From Bugula neritina (Eukaryota; Animalia; Bryozoa), in the NCBI GenBank assembly GCA_964035545.1, contig OZ037770.1, positions 8,624,973-8,688,972 of the forward strand: a stretch of DNA of 64,000 nucleotides, written 5' to 3'. Each line of letters opens with the position of its first letter. The first letter of the stretch is position 1. The notes below the pieces were generated by a model. It saw nothing but the letters and a program-made list of their open reading frames with translations, was not told the origin of the DNA and made no database searches. Made by a program: the position numbers and the translations under genes. This document shows positions 12,601 to 25,200 of the stretch, piece by piece.

Positions 12601-15600
12601 TGCATCGGTGTAATAATGTATTTTTGTACTACTGTGTTATTGTATTGGTATAAAATAGTTTGTGTGTTGAACTACATTTTAGTTTATTTAGAGTACAGTA
12701 TTAGTATAGAGATACATGTAACCATAGTTACCAGTGATAGTATTAGTGTAGAGATACATGTAACCATAGTTACCAGTGATAGTATTAGTACAGAGATATA
12801 TGTAACCATAGTTACCAGTGATAGTATTAGTGTAGAGATACATGTAACCATAGTTACCAGTAGCAGTATTAGTATAGAGATATATGTAACCGTAGTTACC
12901 AGTAGCAGTATTAGTATAGAGATATATGTAACCGTAGTTACCAGTGATAGTATTAGTAAAGAGATACACATAACCATAGTTACCAGTACAGTATTAGTAC
13001 AGAGATACATGTAACCATAGTTACCAGTGGTAGTATTAGTATAGATATACATGTAGCCGTAGTTACCAGTGATAGTATAAGTGAAGAGATACATGTAACC
13101 ATAGTTACCAGGACAGTATTAGTGTAGAGATACGTGTAACCATAGTTACCAGTGGTAGTATTAGTGAAGAGATACATGTAACCATAGTTACCAGTACAGT
13201 ATTAGTATAGAGATATATGTAACCATAGTTACCAGTAGCAGTATTAGTGTAGAGATACGTGTAACCATAGTTACCAGTGATAGTATTAGTAGAGAGATAC
13301 ACATAACCATAGTTACCAGTGATAGTATTAGTAGAGAGATACACATAACCATAGTTACCAGTGATAGTATTAGTGTAGAGATGCATGTAACCATAGTTAC
13401 CAGTGATAGTAAACAATGCAGCAACTAGAAGTATTCCACCAATACTCAAGTATGTGTCCAACTCTGTAGCTTGCTCTATGAAAACGGTTCCAGCAAACAA
13501 ATCAATCTACAGAACACAAGGCAATCTTTTAGAGTCAACTGATTATAGCAACAAATGTGAATGATTTTATTAAACTCACACATATTTCGTAGTATTTTGA
13601 TGTTGCTTAATAAAAGTACTTCTTGAAATTTCTGTAATTTTAAATTAATTCTTGAATTCATGAGAGGATGACTTGAAAATTTATAATTGAGTTCGTGTGC
13701 TTAAAATTTTTATCTAATTATAACTTTCACAAACATTATAATTTAAACAGCGTTATTGACAACACAAATTATTTTTTATAGTAGAAAATGACTAAAAAAA
13801 ACTACCTTTAACCAAGAAATAATATGCAAAAACAAACAGCTAAGCACTAAAAACTTAAGCAGCAAAGAATTAGGGGCTGTTCAAAGGTTCCTACCGATAT
13901 TTTTGTAAAAATGTATGCTATGAGGGTCATTGCAGAGTGAAACACTCGGATTCGTCTTCCTCCAAATCTTAGCCTGAGGTACTCTGGCATGGTGTTGGTT
14001 CCACTAGCTATATAAACAGGAACAAATACCCAGCCTAACACCATCACAATGATTACAGCCTATAAACACAACAGAACAACAACTGTACTGGGTCTCCTTT
14101 GCCATGGCTACTGCATCACTAAAATACATTTCAACCTACACTACTTTACTATTTATAATAAAATATGATACTAAACCAATCCTGACTTTTAAATTACAAT
14201 ACGCTGGGCTGGAATGGCAAAAACTTATATTCAATTATTGATAGTTATAGGAATGTTTATACCTATGCTATGATAGATTTTTACATAATTATTTACGGGT
14301 ATATCACTAGCATATACCAATATTAATGACATATGTTGATGTTTATATTTATTGTGTTTTATCAATAAACATCAGAAGATTAAAAACATATTGCCATACA
14401 TTTTTGCAGTCACTCGGTTTATGTTGCGAATTTTTATAAAAATTGTCATGATGAATGCAAAATTATTGCGTTGCCAACTTTTTAAAAATATTGTTTCAAA
14501 GTGGAAAATGTGAATACAAATATCAGAATGCAATTATGTTGATAGAATAAAAATAAAAAGTAAGTAGTTTAAATTATAAGAGCATGCATTAAATAAAATT
14601 GATCAATAATAAGTATTTGAAATTTATGCAGCATTTTCTGCATTGAGGTGACATTGAGGGAATATTGAGGGGACATTGAGGTGGCATTGAGGTGACATTG
14701 AGGTGACATTGAGGTGGCATTGAGGTGACATTGAGGTGACATTGAGGTGACAAGACACATGTGAACATGTTACAAGAATTTCATAAATATTTATTTTTGT
14801 ATTTTATTACTAATACTATTATGTACATATAATAAACTGAGCTAAACGTCACTTTGATAGTTCTGCAAAGTTTTAATGCTTATTTATGATTCTCAGTAAA
14901 TACCTTGTTAAATAGCATAACAATATAAAACAGAGTGAAGGCTACACTATGAAATGGTGACAATAGCTACATAAGTTAACCACTCACATGTAGCTCATAG
15001 TATGCAACACTAAGACCTGTGGCAGCACCACCTCCAGCCAATCCTAAAAAGTGCTGACTTCCAATGTTACTGGCAAATATCGAGGCTCCAACCTAAAACA
15101 TGCAAAGCTTAATTATACATAAACAATGTGCAACAAACACACGCACACGCACACGCACACGCACACGCACACGCACACGCACACGCACACGCACACGCAC
15201 ACACACATATACAGCATACACATGCTATATATTATTATTCAAGAATATTATTTAGTGCATGCCACGTATCGAATTTACATTATCCACATAGCTAGGCATA
15301 ACTTTTCATTGCAAAATCTGCAACCAACAGCCGCCAACACATAATTGGAGCTGTGCCTTGCTGGTTTGAAGTTATAAATGACTTGGTTACTGACTGCAGC
15401 AAAAAACACAACACTATTAATGACAAGCAAAAGTCAAAGAAATGCTCATGAATGAATATCAAATCATTTTCACATTAACATTTCAATGTTTACAACCAAT
15501 CAACAGATCCTAAATTAAAGAACATGGATCTTGCTTTGAGCATGTGCACACATATATCATGTTATGTCATGAAGAGAATAAGTAGCTATATACACATGCA

Positions 15601-16482
15601 GGCAGCATTGTGTGCATGTCATGTTATAGCACCTCATGTTGCATCACATCACGTCACATCACACCATGTCACATCACACCATGTCACATCATGTCATGTC
15701 ACACCATGACATGTCACACCATGTCATGTCACACCACGTCAGGTCATGTCATGACACACCATGTCACATCACGTGATGACACACCATGTCATATCACGTA
15801 GAGGACAAACACTCACAGGTATCCAGTGTTGATTCTGACCAGCTAAAAAGTATCCCTTCACACTTCCTCGGTTTCTAGTAGATGTCTACAAAGTTTGTAT
15901 TATTATTTAAATAGAGTGTAACGAAGCAATGGTGGTAACTATTTGTGCTATGATTTACCTCTACTTCAAAATATTTTGTCAAAGAGAAGACCTACTAAGA
16001 TTAGTAGCTAGACCCTAAAGCTTATGCCCTTTTTTGTCTGATGGTTTTGTGTGATTATTCAGAATTTTGCATTCGAAATTGTTGAGACCAACTTGACATA
16101 AATTATTGTAATTCCTTTGAAAAATATACTTGTTTGAAAAATTGTGTGTTTTTGCAAGAAATTAGTTGCAAGAAAGGGAGTTGCCATCAAAAAAGTGGTG
16201 CTGTTACCATCAGATTGAACAAGCTAGCAGACATAAACTAGAACCGAGCAAACATTATAGTAACTTGGAAACTTTCATAAAATGCAGCTTCTCCCAGTGT
16301 GTACAAATTATTTAACCACCATGTCTATGTCTGGTTTATGAAGGATCGAGTGACCAAATAACAATGATTTATATCAGATCAGATCAGGTTCATAGATTGA
16401 TTTGATAAGCTGAATGGGGCAATCATTTTGGTACCAAAACTTTTAAGCATACAAGTTTATTCTCAACTTATATATATCTATA

Positions 16483-16572
<90 letters not shown>

Positions 16573-17057
16573 TATATATATAGATATATATATATATATA
16601 TATATAGAAAATGTGTGTGTTTGTGTATACAGAGAATAATTGCAATTGCAATTGCAATTAAAATCGATGTACTATATAAAGGCTACTAAAACAAAAAATA
16701 ATCTTGTACTTTGATCTATGATCATAATTAGTATGAGATGTTTTATCAAAAAATAGAGCTGTGACTCCCAATTGTTTTTGCATAGACATGGTGAAACATG
16801 CCTGCATTATTTGTAGTATATAAAGCATAGTGCATCAGTCACTTCACACAGTACAAGTTTTTATTGTTACAGACAGACATGCAAAGAACATTTAAACTTT
16901 ATGAAACCAACTTCATTAGTCAATTAAATAACAATTCTGCCACATGAACTCTTACCCATATTCCGACTCCAACAACAAATACAAAGTAGAGACACAGAAT
17001 GAGATAATCGGACCAATGAAGGATCGGATTAGAAGGAACTTCTACAGTTGAACCCAT
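6669..17057 (-). CDS. Sodium/glucose cotransporter, SLC5/SSS family (SGLT1/SGLT4-like), 649 aa
   Basis: 14 phase-consistent exons: 16956-17057, 15817-15885, 14988-15092, 13895-14059, 13401-13506, 11905-11985, 10586-10794, 9953-10088, 9442-9549, 8927-9077, 8251-8419, 7912-8130, 7289-7394, 6669-6892 (1950 nt). Family motifs present: [85 protein letters not shown]. Confidence 0.97.
7607..7807 (+). mobile_element. tRNA-derived SINE, family A, copy 1
   Basis: A-box-like TGGTCTAAGGG and B-box-like GGTTTGAACC, plus the core GGCCATTGGTGATGTTAGGAAGAGC shared with six other copies in the window. Confidence 0.85.
8585..8755. repeat. 9-bp minisatellite (ACTAGGTCA)n
   Basis: Direct read; intronic. Confidence 0.85.
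11406..11776. mobile_element. Foldback/MITE-like element with inverted arrays of about 15-bp subrepeats and a G-rich centre
   Basis: The left arm has AATGGCAC repeats (11415-11530) and the right arm has inverted GTGCCATT repeats (11655-11770). The centre is GGGGTTTAGG/GGGTT-rich. Confidence 0.7.
12020..12275. repeat. 15-bp minisatellite (TAGCACTGCTCTGTG)n
   Basis: Direct read; about 35 bp from the SLC5 acceptor at 11986. Confidence 0.95.
12695..13410 (-). repeat. 42-bp minisatellite made of 17 tandem copies of an SLC5 splice donor
   Basis: The minus-strand unit is ACTATCACTG|GTAACTATGGTTACATGTATCTCTACACTAAT. The first copy is the genuine exon 5 donor. Confidence 0.95.
14640..14752. repeat. 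11-bp minisatellite (CATTGAGGTGA)n
   Basis: Direct read. Confidence 0.9.
15137..15206. repeat. (ACACGC)n microsatellite
   Basis: Direct read. Confidence 0.9.
15615..15798. repeat. Degenerate CATGT/CACAC 5-mer-based repeat
   Basis: Direct read; next to the donor at 15816. Confidence 0.8.
16469..16606. repeat. (TA)n microsatellite
   Basis: Direct read. Confidence 0.95.
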
Positions 17058-18008
17058 CGTACTTGTAGCAAGTAGCTACCAGAGTATTCCTGTGACAAGA
17101 TAGCCAGTAGCAAGTTCGTGTTGAGATTAGACAGCCTACTCCACTGCTGTAATGCCTTCACAACACTGACTGACTAGAGCAGGTACTTGCAATGTCCCAG
17201 GGTGTTCCTTACACTGACATTGCTAGCAGGTAATGTACTTGTCACCAAGTGCTTGACACTGTAAACAGGTGCTTGACTGCAAAGAATATGGACACCAGTG
17301 TCAATGCCAGTTATTGTGTTTCAACAACAGACACCTTCAATCACTTGCTGTCTCCAGTACTACAAGTTGGTGTTATAGGCTGACACCTCCAGCAAGTTCT
17401 TAAAACACTATTCTTTATAACGTAGCTGTAACTAGGATCATAATGATGCACACACTGTGATTGCACGCACCACTAAAGTAGAAGCTGGCACAGACTGCAA
17501 ATACCACCCACAATACTTTAATTATAACCTTTGTCACTTTTCAAATTTGATAACAACTCTTTGCTGAATGTTATCAAATGATTTATAAAGATAAGATGAA
17601 ATTGATAATACAGTTAATAGCAAGCAATTATAGAGACTCCCTCTGTGGCAAATATAGGTTAAGTGTAACACCAGCTCATGCAAACTTGAGAACAATTATC
17701 TCAACCCGTCCTATCAAATAAAATAATCAAATTTATTCAAAGTTTTGCATGCACTTTATAAATAATATCTTTGATAAACATACATATTTCAAAACAAATT
17801 ATCTGAAGTATGTATTTATAGAAAATATAATCAATGTAGAGAGCAATGTATAAATTAATATCTGCATGAAAGAAATTGAATATGAAATGAAGAAAAAAGC
17901 TAAAACCATTGAAGTTTATGCAACTAGTCTTGTGCAAATTGACATGCTAAGAAATTTAAAAATACATTTAGTTTGTGAGAGATACAATATATAAAGCTGT
18001 TAGTAGCT

Positions 18009-20285
18009 CTAATGGCGCAGCCTTTTCCTACGAAGCTTTCGGGCCCCTTTCTTGAGTTTTTTGTGAGTGGAGCCTCCATAGTGATCTCCGTGACCTTTGA
18101 ACTCTTCAGAAATAGGGTAACTAGTGGTTTCAATGTAGTCACTGGTGGTAGTTTGATATGCATCTGTAGTTGTGTCGTAGCCCTTAGCTGTGGAGGAGGA
18201 GGCGTATGAGTCACTTGTGGTACCGTACTCTGCTGTAGTTGTTTCATACTGCAGCAAAAATATATATTTCATAGGAGCAAATTGGAACACTAATACTTGC
18301 GGCTTTATGCCACTAAACCATAAAGTGAATTTGCAACTCTTAGATTGAAAATAGAAACTAAAGTTATATATTAGTAGGATGAATAATATTTTTTATGAAT
18401 ATTAGGTAGCTCTAAAGTTAATGTTTATAGTGTCAGCTTAAGGAACACACACTCACATATTTTCTATATTAGGCTGCACATAGACACACGCACGCACCAA
18501 CTTTTATGTATGCAACAAGTTTTATAGAGCAGTTATGATGCGAGACTGTCTCAATTATTGCAACTCCTACTATGAATGCTTTTAATAATTAGCAGCGTCA
18601 AGAAATTTTACATACGATATACACACGGAGGGGAAAACTCCCAGTACTTAAATAATACTCACAATTGGCTCAGTGATCTTATGCTTGTCAACCTCCGTTG
18701 TGTAGGCGCTGGTAGTTTCGTACTCGTCTTCAATATGGACCTTCAGTTTGCCATGCCCCCTCGGCTTTGAGTGACACCCACATCTACCAGGAAGCCCTGA
18801 TGGACCTATAGGGCCGGGAAGTCCATGAATACCCGGTCTACCCCGTCTTCCATCGAAACCCGGAAAGCCACGCGGTCCTGGTGGTCCAGTGGGACACACA
18901 TAGCATTGACCTCCTAAAACAGCATTGCTTACATCATGAACTTGCTGGCACTTGAGTTGAAGTTATCTGCACACTGAATTTATGTACATGCATTTACATG
19001 CCAAAATTGTTTCTACATTTGCAATATATAGCAGGGTAATGTGCAATTACATGTGCAAGAAGGAATGAATTTAAGAATTTCTATAACATTACATATAGGA
19101 GTTATCTCTACTTACTACTTCCTGTTGATATCTGTCTCTTTTCTCTAACCTCTTCAGCCGATCCTTTGATGTCTAGGCTGAGCACCTGTAAAACGAGTGT
19201 TTCTGAGATGTGAAACGACGCATTGAAAATGCACCATGCAGTTTTATTATCGATAAAAATCCAAATAAGTTTTGTATAAAATAACTTTTATTAATATTGC
19301 TTCTAAAATATTTTTTCTACTTACTTACGGCAAGTAGATTATGTATGTATTTATTTTATAAATTAAAAAAATAAAATCTTATAATGCAGGATAATTAAAA
19401 GATAGGCCATTGTTTCACTTTTTGCATAAGTTTAAAAATAAGTAAAGCAATAATATTCTAATTATCCTGTAGAGATAATTATACTAAAATTTTTATATGC
19501 CAACTCGAATACTCATAAAGATAGTCTTCTATACTATACCATTACTATAGTGCTGCTGAACTTAGAGGGCAATAATAGTAGTACCAACCTGGTGCTCAAG
19601 TTGTTTTACTCGTTGTGATAGGTTGAGACACATAAAACCTCCACCAATCACTATGAAGATAAGTAGTGCAAGGGACACACTGGTTATTGCATTGCGAAGG
19701 TTAAAGCGTTTTTCAACTGATGGCTTCTCTTCTTTTTCAGACAGCTTTTCCTTCTACAAATAAAACACAACTTCAAAATAGTGTAAAAACAGGTTGTCTG
19801 CAAAGATATATCAAAAGAAAATCCTTACCGTTTTACGAAAAGGAAAAGTTCAGCCTAAACAAGCTTTTTTACATTTTCATGTCATTGAAACACAAACTCA
19901 AAATAATTAGTATTTTATCTCAGTATTTTTAATCAATAAAAAATTAATTGTAAATCTCCATATAATAATTTAAATCCCGCCACCCGCGCAGGACCACGGC
20001 GGTGAAAGGTGACCATATAATAATTTAAATATTACCAATAACAGCTGTATATACCTTAAATTTTGGTTACCAAAGTTAGATGCTTTTAAATTGTTAGTGA
20101 GGGTAGACCAGTTTTACTTTTTTGTATTGAAATTTCAAATATAAGTAATTCTATTACTATATTACAGCTAGAACTATTCAATTAGTAAACATATGATATG
20201 AGTTACCAAATAAAAATAACAACGCGTGCTTTAAATTCCCTAATTACTGCAGTAGTACTGCCCTATACTATACAAATCTTACCAT
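18009..20285 (-). CDS. Short type II transmembrane collagen-like protein (242 aa) with a furin site, 12 Gly-X-Y triplets, a Tyr/Thr-rich region and a basic tail
   Basis: Exons 20283-20285 (ATG only), 19589-19753, 19116-19185, 18663-18913, 18009-18248; 729 nt in phase. Translation: [95 protein letters not shown]...GLPGRCGC... Confidence 0.85.
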
Positions 20286-20384
20286 GGTGAGATAGAATGA
20301 GTTGATACAGAACGCTCTCTCTTGCTCCTAGGTACTCTGGTTACTGGCTGATAAGTAATGACACATGTAACAGGTGTGCTCATA

Positions 20385-20392
20385 TTTATATA
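20385..20392 (-). promoter_or_regulatory. TATA box of the collagen-like gene
   Basis: Minus-strand TATATAAA about 100 bp upstream of the ATG-only first coding exon. Confidence 0.5.
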
Positions 20393-22269
20393 CCACATGA
20401 GTTGTGTTCTCCCTCATTAACCGTCTAAGAGTACCTTAGGAATATTCTGCTCTCTTAAGACTTAAGAACCAGTTAATTGTCTTATAAGTAGTGCAGTAGT
20501 TGTGTCTTGATAATTTACGTAGATAGCAGCCTTACATTTAAACTAAATCTTTATTAACTAATGAACCGATGTCCTTAGTCTGGGATTCAAACCACAGACT
20601 AAGCCTAATGCAATCAAATTTTATGAACTAAGAATAGAATCACCTTACAAGAGCTGACAACCCCAGTTATAGGGTTAGCCAATTATCTAACCACAGGCTA
20701 TGATTATAACTTCTACCCATGGCAAGGGCTGATTGAGATGGTCCTAAAGCTAAAGAGCTCCGGAGTCCTCACATAGTGACGACTGAGAGAACAGGCAGTG
20801 CAGCTGCTATCTGTGGTACGGGTCTATCAAGCTGCCATACAAGTATTACATATTCAGATTAATCTGCTACATCTACTACATCAGTATGCTATGTAGTTGT
20901 ATTTTGCTTTGAAGAGATTGCATACTTTATACTATGTTTCAAAAACAGCATATTTGAAAATACTTTGCAAGTTTTAGCAGGTTAGGAGGGGGGAAAGCAG
21001 TCCCTCTAATAAAGATGCCAGCGACAATATAAAATATACAAAGAGTAGACTCAACTAAGGCTGACTTAGGATGCTTCACATAGCTCAGGGTAACAACTAA
21101 TTACTCTTCATTACATTACTCAGTTCATTTAACAAGTCTTGCCTCATTAACTGGCTTAAATAATTTAAACATACTTGACTGAAACTCACAGTTCAGTCTT
21201 ATAGAATTTCCATATCTTGTTGATGTTCTGCTATTTACTCTGAATGAAAAACAAGCATAAATAAACTATAGGCTAAATAACTTTATTTAGTTTACTGGAT
21301 TCTTAGGAATTAAATTTTAATTTGTTATGTAAAATTACATTATATTTAACAAAGGCTTTCTGTTTTAATGCCAGGTTTTGCATTTATGTGATGAAATTCT
21401 CTTTTCTAATAAATTAAATCATCTAAAACAGAGTTTTGCGCATAACTTCCCAAGAATTCTACCGAAATAATTAGTCTGTGGGATAAAACACGTATAATTT
21501 GGATTCCAGTTCAAGAGGTGACAACTCTATTGAATGTATCTTCACTTCAATTTGATTGATATAGAAAGTTATACAGTGATAGTACCATTTTCAGTGCTAC
21601 ACATGCATTGAGAGCTTTATGATTTGGCAAAAAATTTGTTTTGCCGAAAAAATTTCAAAAACGTGTTTGGAGATGACCATCCTAACAGCTTTCTGCTGCA
21701 TAACACTTGTATATGAGTAGAAAAATTGAGACTTGCTGACATAAAATATACACACCAGTGAATTGTACTCTGTGAGACTAGAAAGTAGCAGTGCTATGAG
21801 TGTAAAGGGCAAGAATTAAATAATATAGCTCTTGAATATTTTTGTTTTCATTCGCCATAGGATACAGTCTCACAGTGTACAGAACATGGTGTAAGTTAGA
21901 ACTAGCTAGTGCACTGCAGAAACTTTCTGGAGTATTAGAAAGTTATATATTATACGTCTGCGTAAAATCTGCAGAAGTTTAGCATTTGATCACTGCCAGG
22001 TTTGAGCAGTAGGAGTTTTGAGGCTAGAGCCATGGATATTACCACTACTCTGCTGATAAATTCATATAAAGATTTATTAAATATAATAGATAATAAAATA
22101 GTCAAAACAATACATAATTATTATATTATATCCCTAATAACAGAATAGATATACTCTTAGCATATTTAACACACTTTTTACAGCATGATATCAGGTAATA
22201 GCAGAGCTCTACAGGGAATGGGCCCTTCAATGACTGTGAGAGAGCAAGCTACACGAGAGGGGAGAACTT

Positions 22270-25200
22270 CTAGTCATCAAATTTCCTGTTGGGATTCTTT
22301 CCGAACAGAGTTTCTCTCAACTCAGGCACCATCTGTTGAATAGAAGAGAAAGACCAGTAGAATAAAGTATGCTATTTACTTATGTAATATTTTAAGATAC
22401 ATAATATCTTTTCGGATTTTATCATATAAATGTCAAAACCTTGGCCTTTTACCTTGTGCCATGCATATAATTTAAAGTTCTAACTTTTAAATTCCATTTA
22501 AATAACTCTGAAGGTGCATACAGTAGTATCCAAAATATAAGTTTACTCTATTTATTTATATAAATAAAGAAGTAAATGAAAAATATTTCTCGTTTATTTA
22601 CTTCATTAAAGTATATAATATGCATGACATAGATGATAAGGAGAGCACACTATTCAAACAACACAACTCTCAACACTTACACACCACAACTACAAAGCAT
22701 TTCCCTCCCTTTTTTACATCAGGATTATAATAGTTTAATGTTTTCAAGTGTAGAACACAGGAACAGCTAATGAGAGCAAATAGGTAGGCAGGTATTAGAA
22801 TGGTGCATTGTCATTAGAGATAATCTCCCCATTAAAAACAGCCTAATGAGTGAGACTAACAGCTTTCTACACCCATATTCTAGTGATGTCCTGACACAAA
22901 GCATGTCCCAACATAATCAAAGTCATCAGTTTATAGGGTGTGGGGCGGGGGGGGGGGCTATAGAAACAAACTTTAGGTATTTGTTTTTGGATTAACATAG
23001 TTTTAGTTTATACAGTTGAAATATCCAAAAAAGTTTATGATGAGGTGAATGAGAACATTCTAGAAGCCAGTACAGCCCTACACAGAATGGATGGTAAACA
23101 TGCCACATCACTATACATAAAGTGCCACTTTGTAAGGCAGGCAGAAACAAGTGGTGACAGGTGCTACAGATCTGCTGATAATATTGAATAAGAAGAGGCA
23201 GTAATTAGAGTTGAGTGTTAAATAACTAAGAAAAGTCAGGATGGAATGGAGACACAGAGATTGAGAGCAGCTAACACCCAACTGAGGGATAATTAACTCA
23301 TCTACTCCAGCAAAAGTACTGCTGATTTGTCTGGCAACCTCCTTTTAACATCATTTATTAAAGAAAACTAAACCTGGACTGCAAATTTCAGCACTACTTT
23401 AAAAAGCAAAGCAAGAACGAGAATACCAACAACACCAACAAAATAATAAATTAATATTGTTGGTATAAATCACACAGGCAGTACAACTCATATCCACCAT
23501 GACTCATATCCACCATGACTCATAGCCACCATGACTCGTAGCCCTGATGACTCATACTGATGTATGACTCACAATAAATTCTTTTTCCACCATCTCAATA
23601 GCAAAAAACTATGACTATGAAAATCTACTCTTCAATGAAAACAAAACTGCCGATAAAAATGCATCTATCATCAAAACAAACAAGAGAACATAACTTGGCG
23701 ATGCCTTGCTATTCTCATCAAACACACAGGTTATATCCCATTTACCTTTACAATACTGGTACAAACACAGATCAGAGTAAAATGAATCATCAAGATTTCC
23801 GATTCTATAGAGCCAGGTGGCTAGAAGCCATACAGATGTAGAGCCAGGAATTTCAATGAAATTTTGAAATTAAACGAGAAATCAAAGAAGGAGCAATGTT
23901 ACACCATGGAAACTAACACCTCTAAATTGCCTTGCTGTAAAAGCATAAACTCCAATAAACCCTTGGGACTATATATCAAACACTGAGCTACATAAAACTT
24001 CACCCAATAAACACCTGGGACTAATGCTACTAACATGAGCTAAACAAAACTTCACCCAATATAGTTTACAATGACAAACAACAAAACACAAACAGAATCT
24101 GCTGCAGGTTGCAGCTGTTATGTCCAGAAAAGAATACAAACTTCTACATGCAAGCCGAATTAATAATATTAGACCTTCAAGGACAGAGATCAAACTATCA
24201 CAGCCAGAATTTGAAGAAACATAAGATTAACTGCTTCAAGTTGAAGTAATGGGAGTTTTCCCCTCACCTGTTCACTGATGGACTGTAGCCTTTTCTCCAG
24301 GGTGTTGGTCACTCTGATACGGCCGTTAAGGGTTTGCAGTTCCACACCTCCAGTTCTGAAAGTACATTTCATAGATGAAACAGAGGTTTGTCAACAGAGA
24401 CACCATTACACATAAATATATTGATTATGGATAGGAATAAAATGGAATCTTTCAACTACATTAAAATACAACATTATCATCTCTCTAAAGCACAGCAAAT
24501 ATAAATTAACATGTTAATTCGGACTGGTTGAGTGTTGTTTTGCTAATGAGTACTTTTAGCTTTATTATGAAAATGAAACATGCAAGTAGCCACTGCTGAC
24601 AGCAATCTTTAGAGTTATCCATAACATTAAGGTGACAGCATCAGGCATTGTCTAGACTCTAGTAGTTTCGAGTAAAAAAGATCTAAAGTTATATGCCAAG
24701 AGGGGATAATTCCAAATCAGACTCAAAGCTGCTAAATTTTTTGCCTGAAAACTCATAAAAATGTTAATCAATTATATTAGCCTTTTAAACTCAAGACCTT
24801 TCTAGAAAACACAAAGTTTTACTAGTAGACATGTGTCACACAGAGCACAAACTTGATACAAGGTGCCACAACTCCATTAAACACACTGCTGCAGTCTACA
24901 TCCAGTATACATATAGTATACATTTAGTATACATTTAGTATATAGGAAGTAGGTAGGTATGACTCACAGGTCGACGGGCAGATAATTCTCCTTATCGATT
25001 TTGACAGCGACGTCATGCCCAGTGAGTTTCTTATAAGTGGCCACGGCAGCGGGCAGCACTTCCTGTAAGGACCACAGTGAACATTAGTATAAAATATGAA
25101 GGACCAGAGGCTAGGGTAAAAATAAGTATGAAATATGAAGGACCAGAGGCTAGGGTGAATATTAAAATGAAATGTGACGAGATAAATGTCAAGGAATATG

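Noticed and set aside
12589-13424. Stacked ORFs and a regular 42-bp periodicity that could look like a CRISPR array
   Set aside because: Units are head-to-tail with no unique spacers, there are no cas genes, and the context is a eukaryotic intron.
23780-23850. Possible alternative last exon of V-ATPase E (AATCGGAAATCTTGATGA resembles the NRKFDD codons)
   Set aside because: The similarity is short, with no convincing in-frame acceptor or matching peptide.
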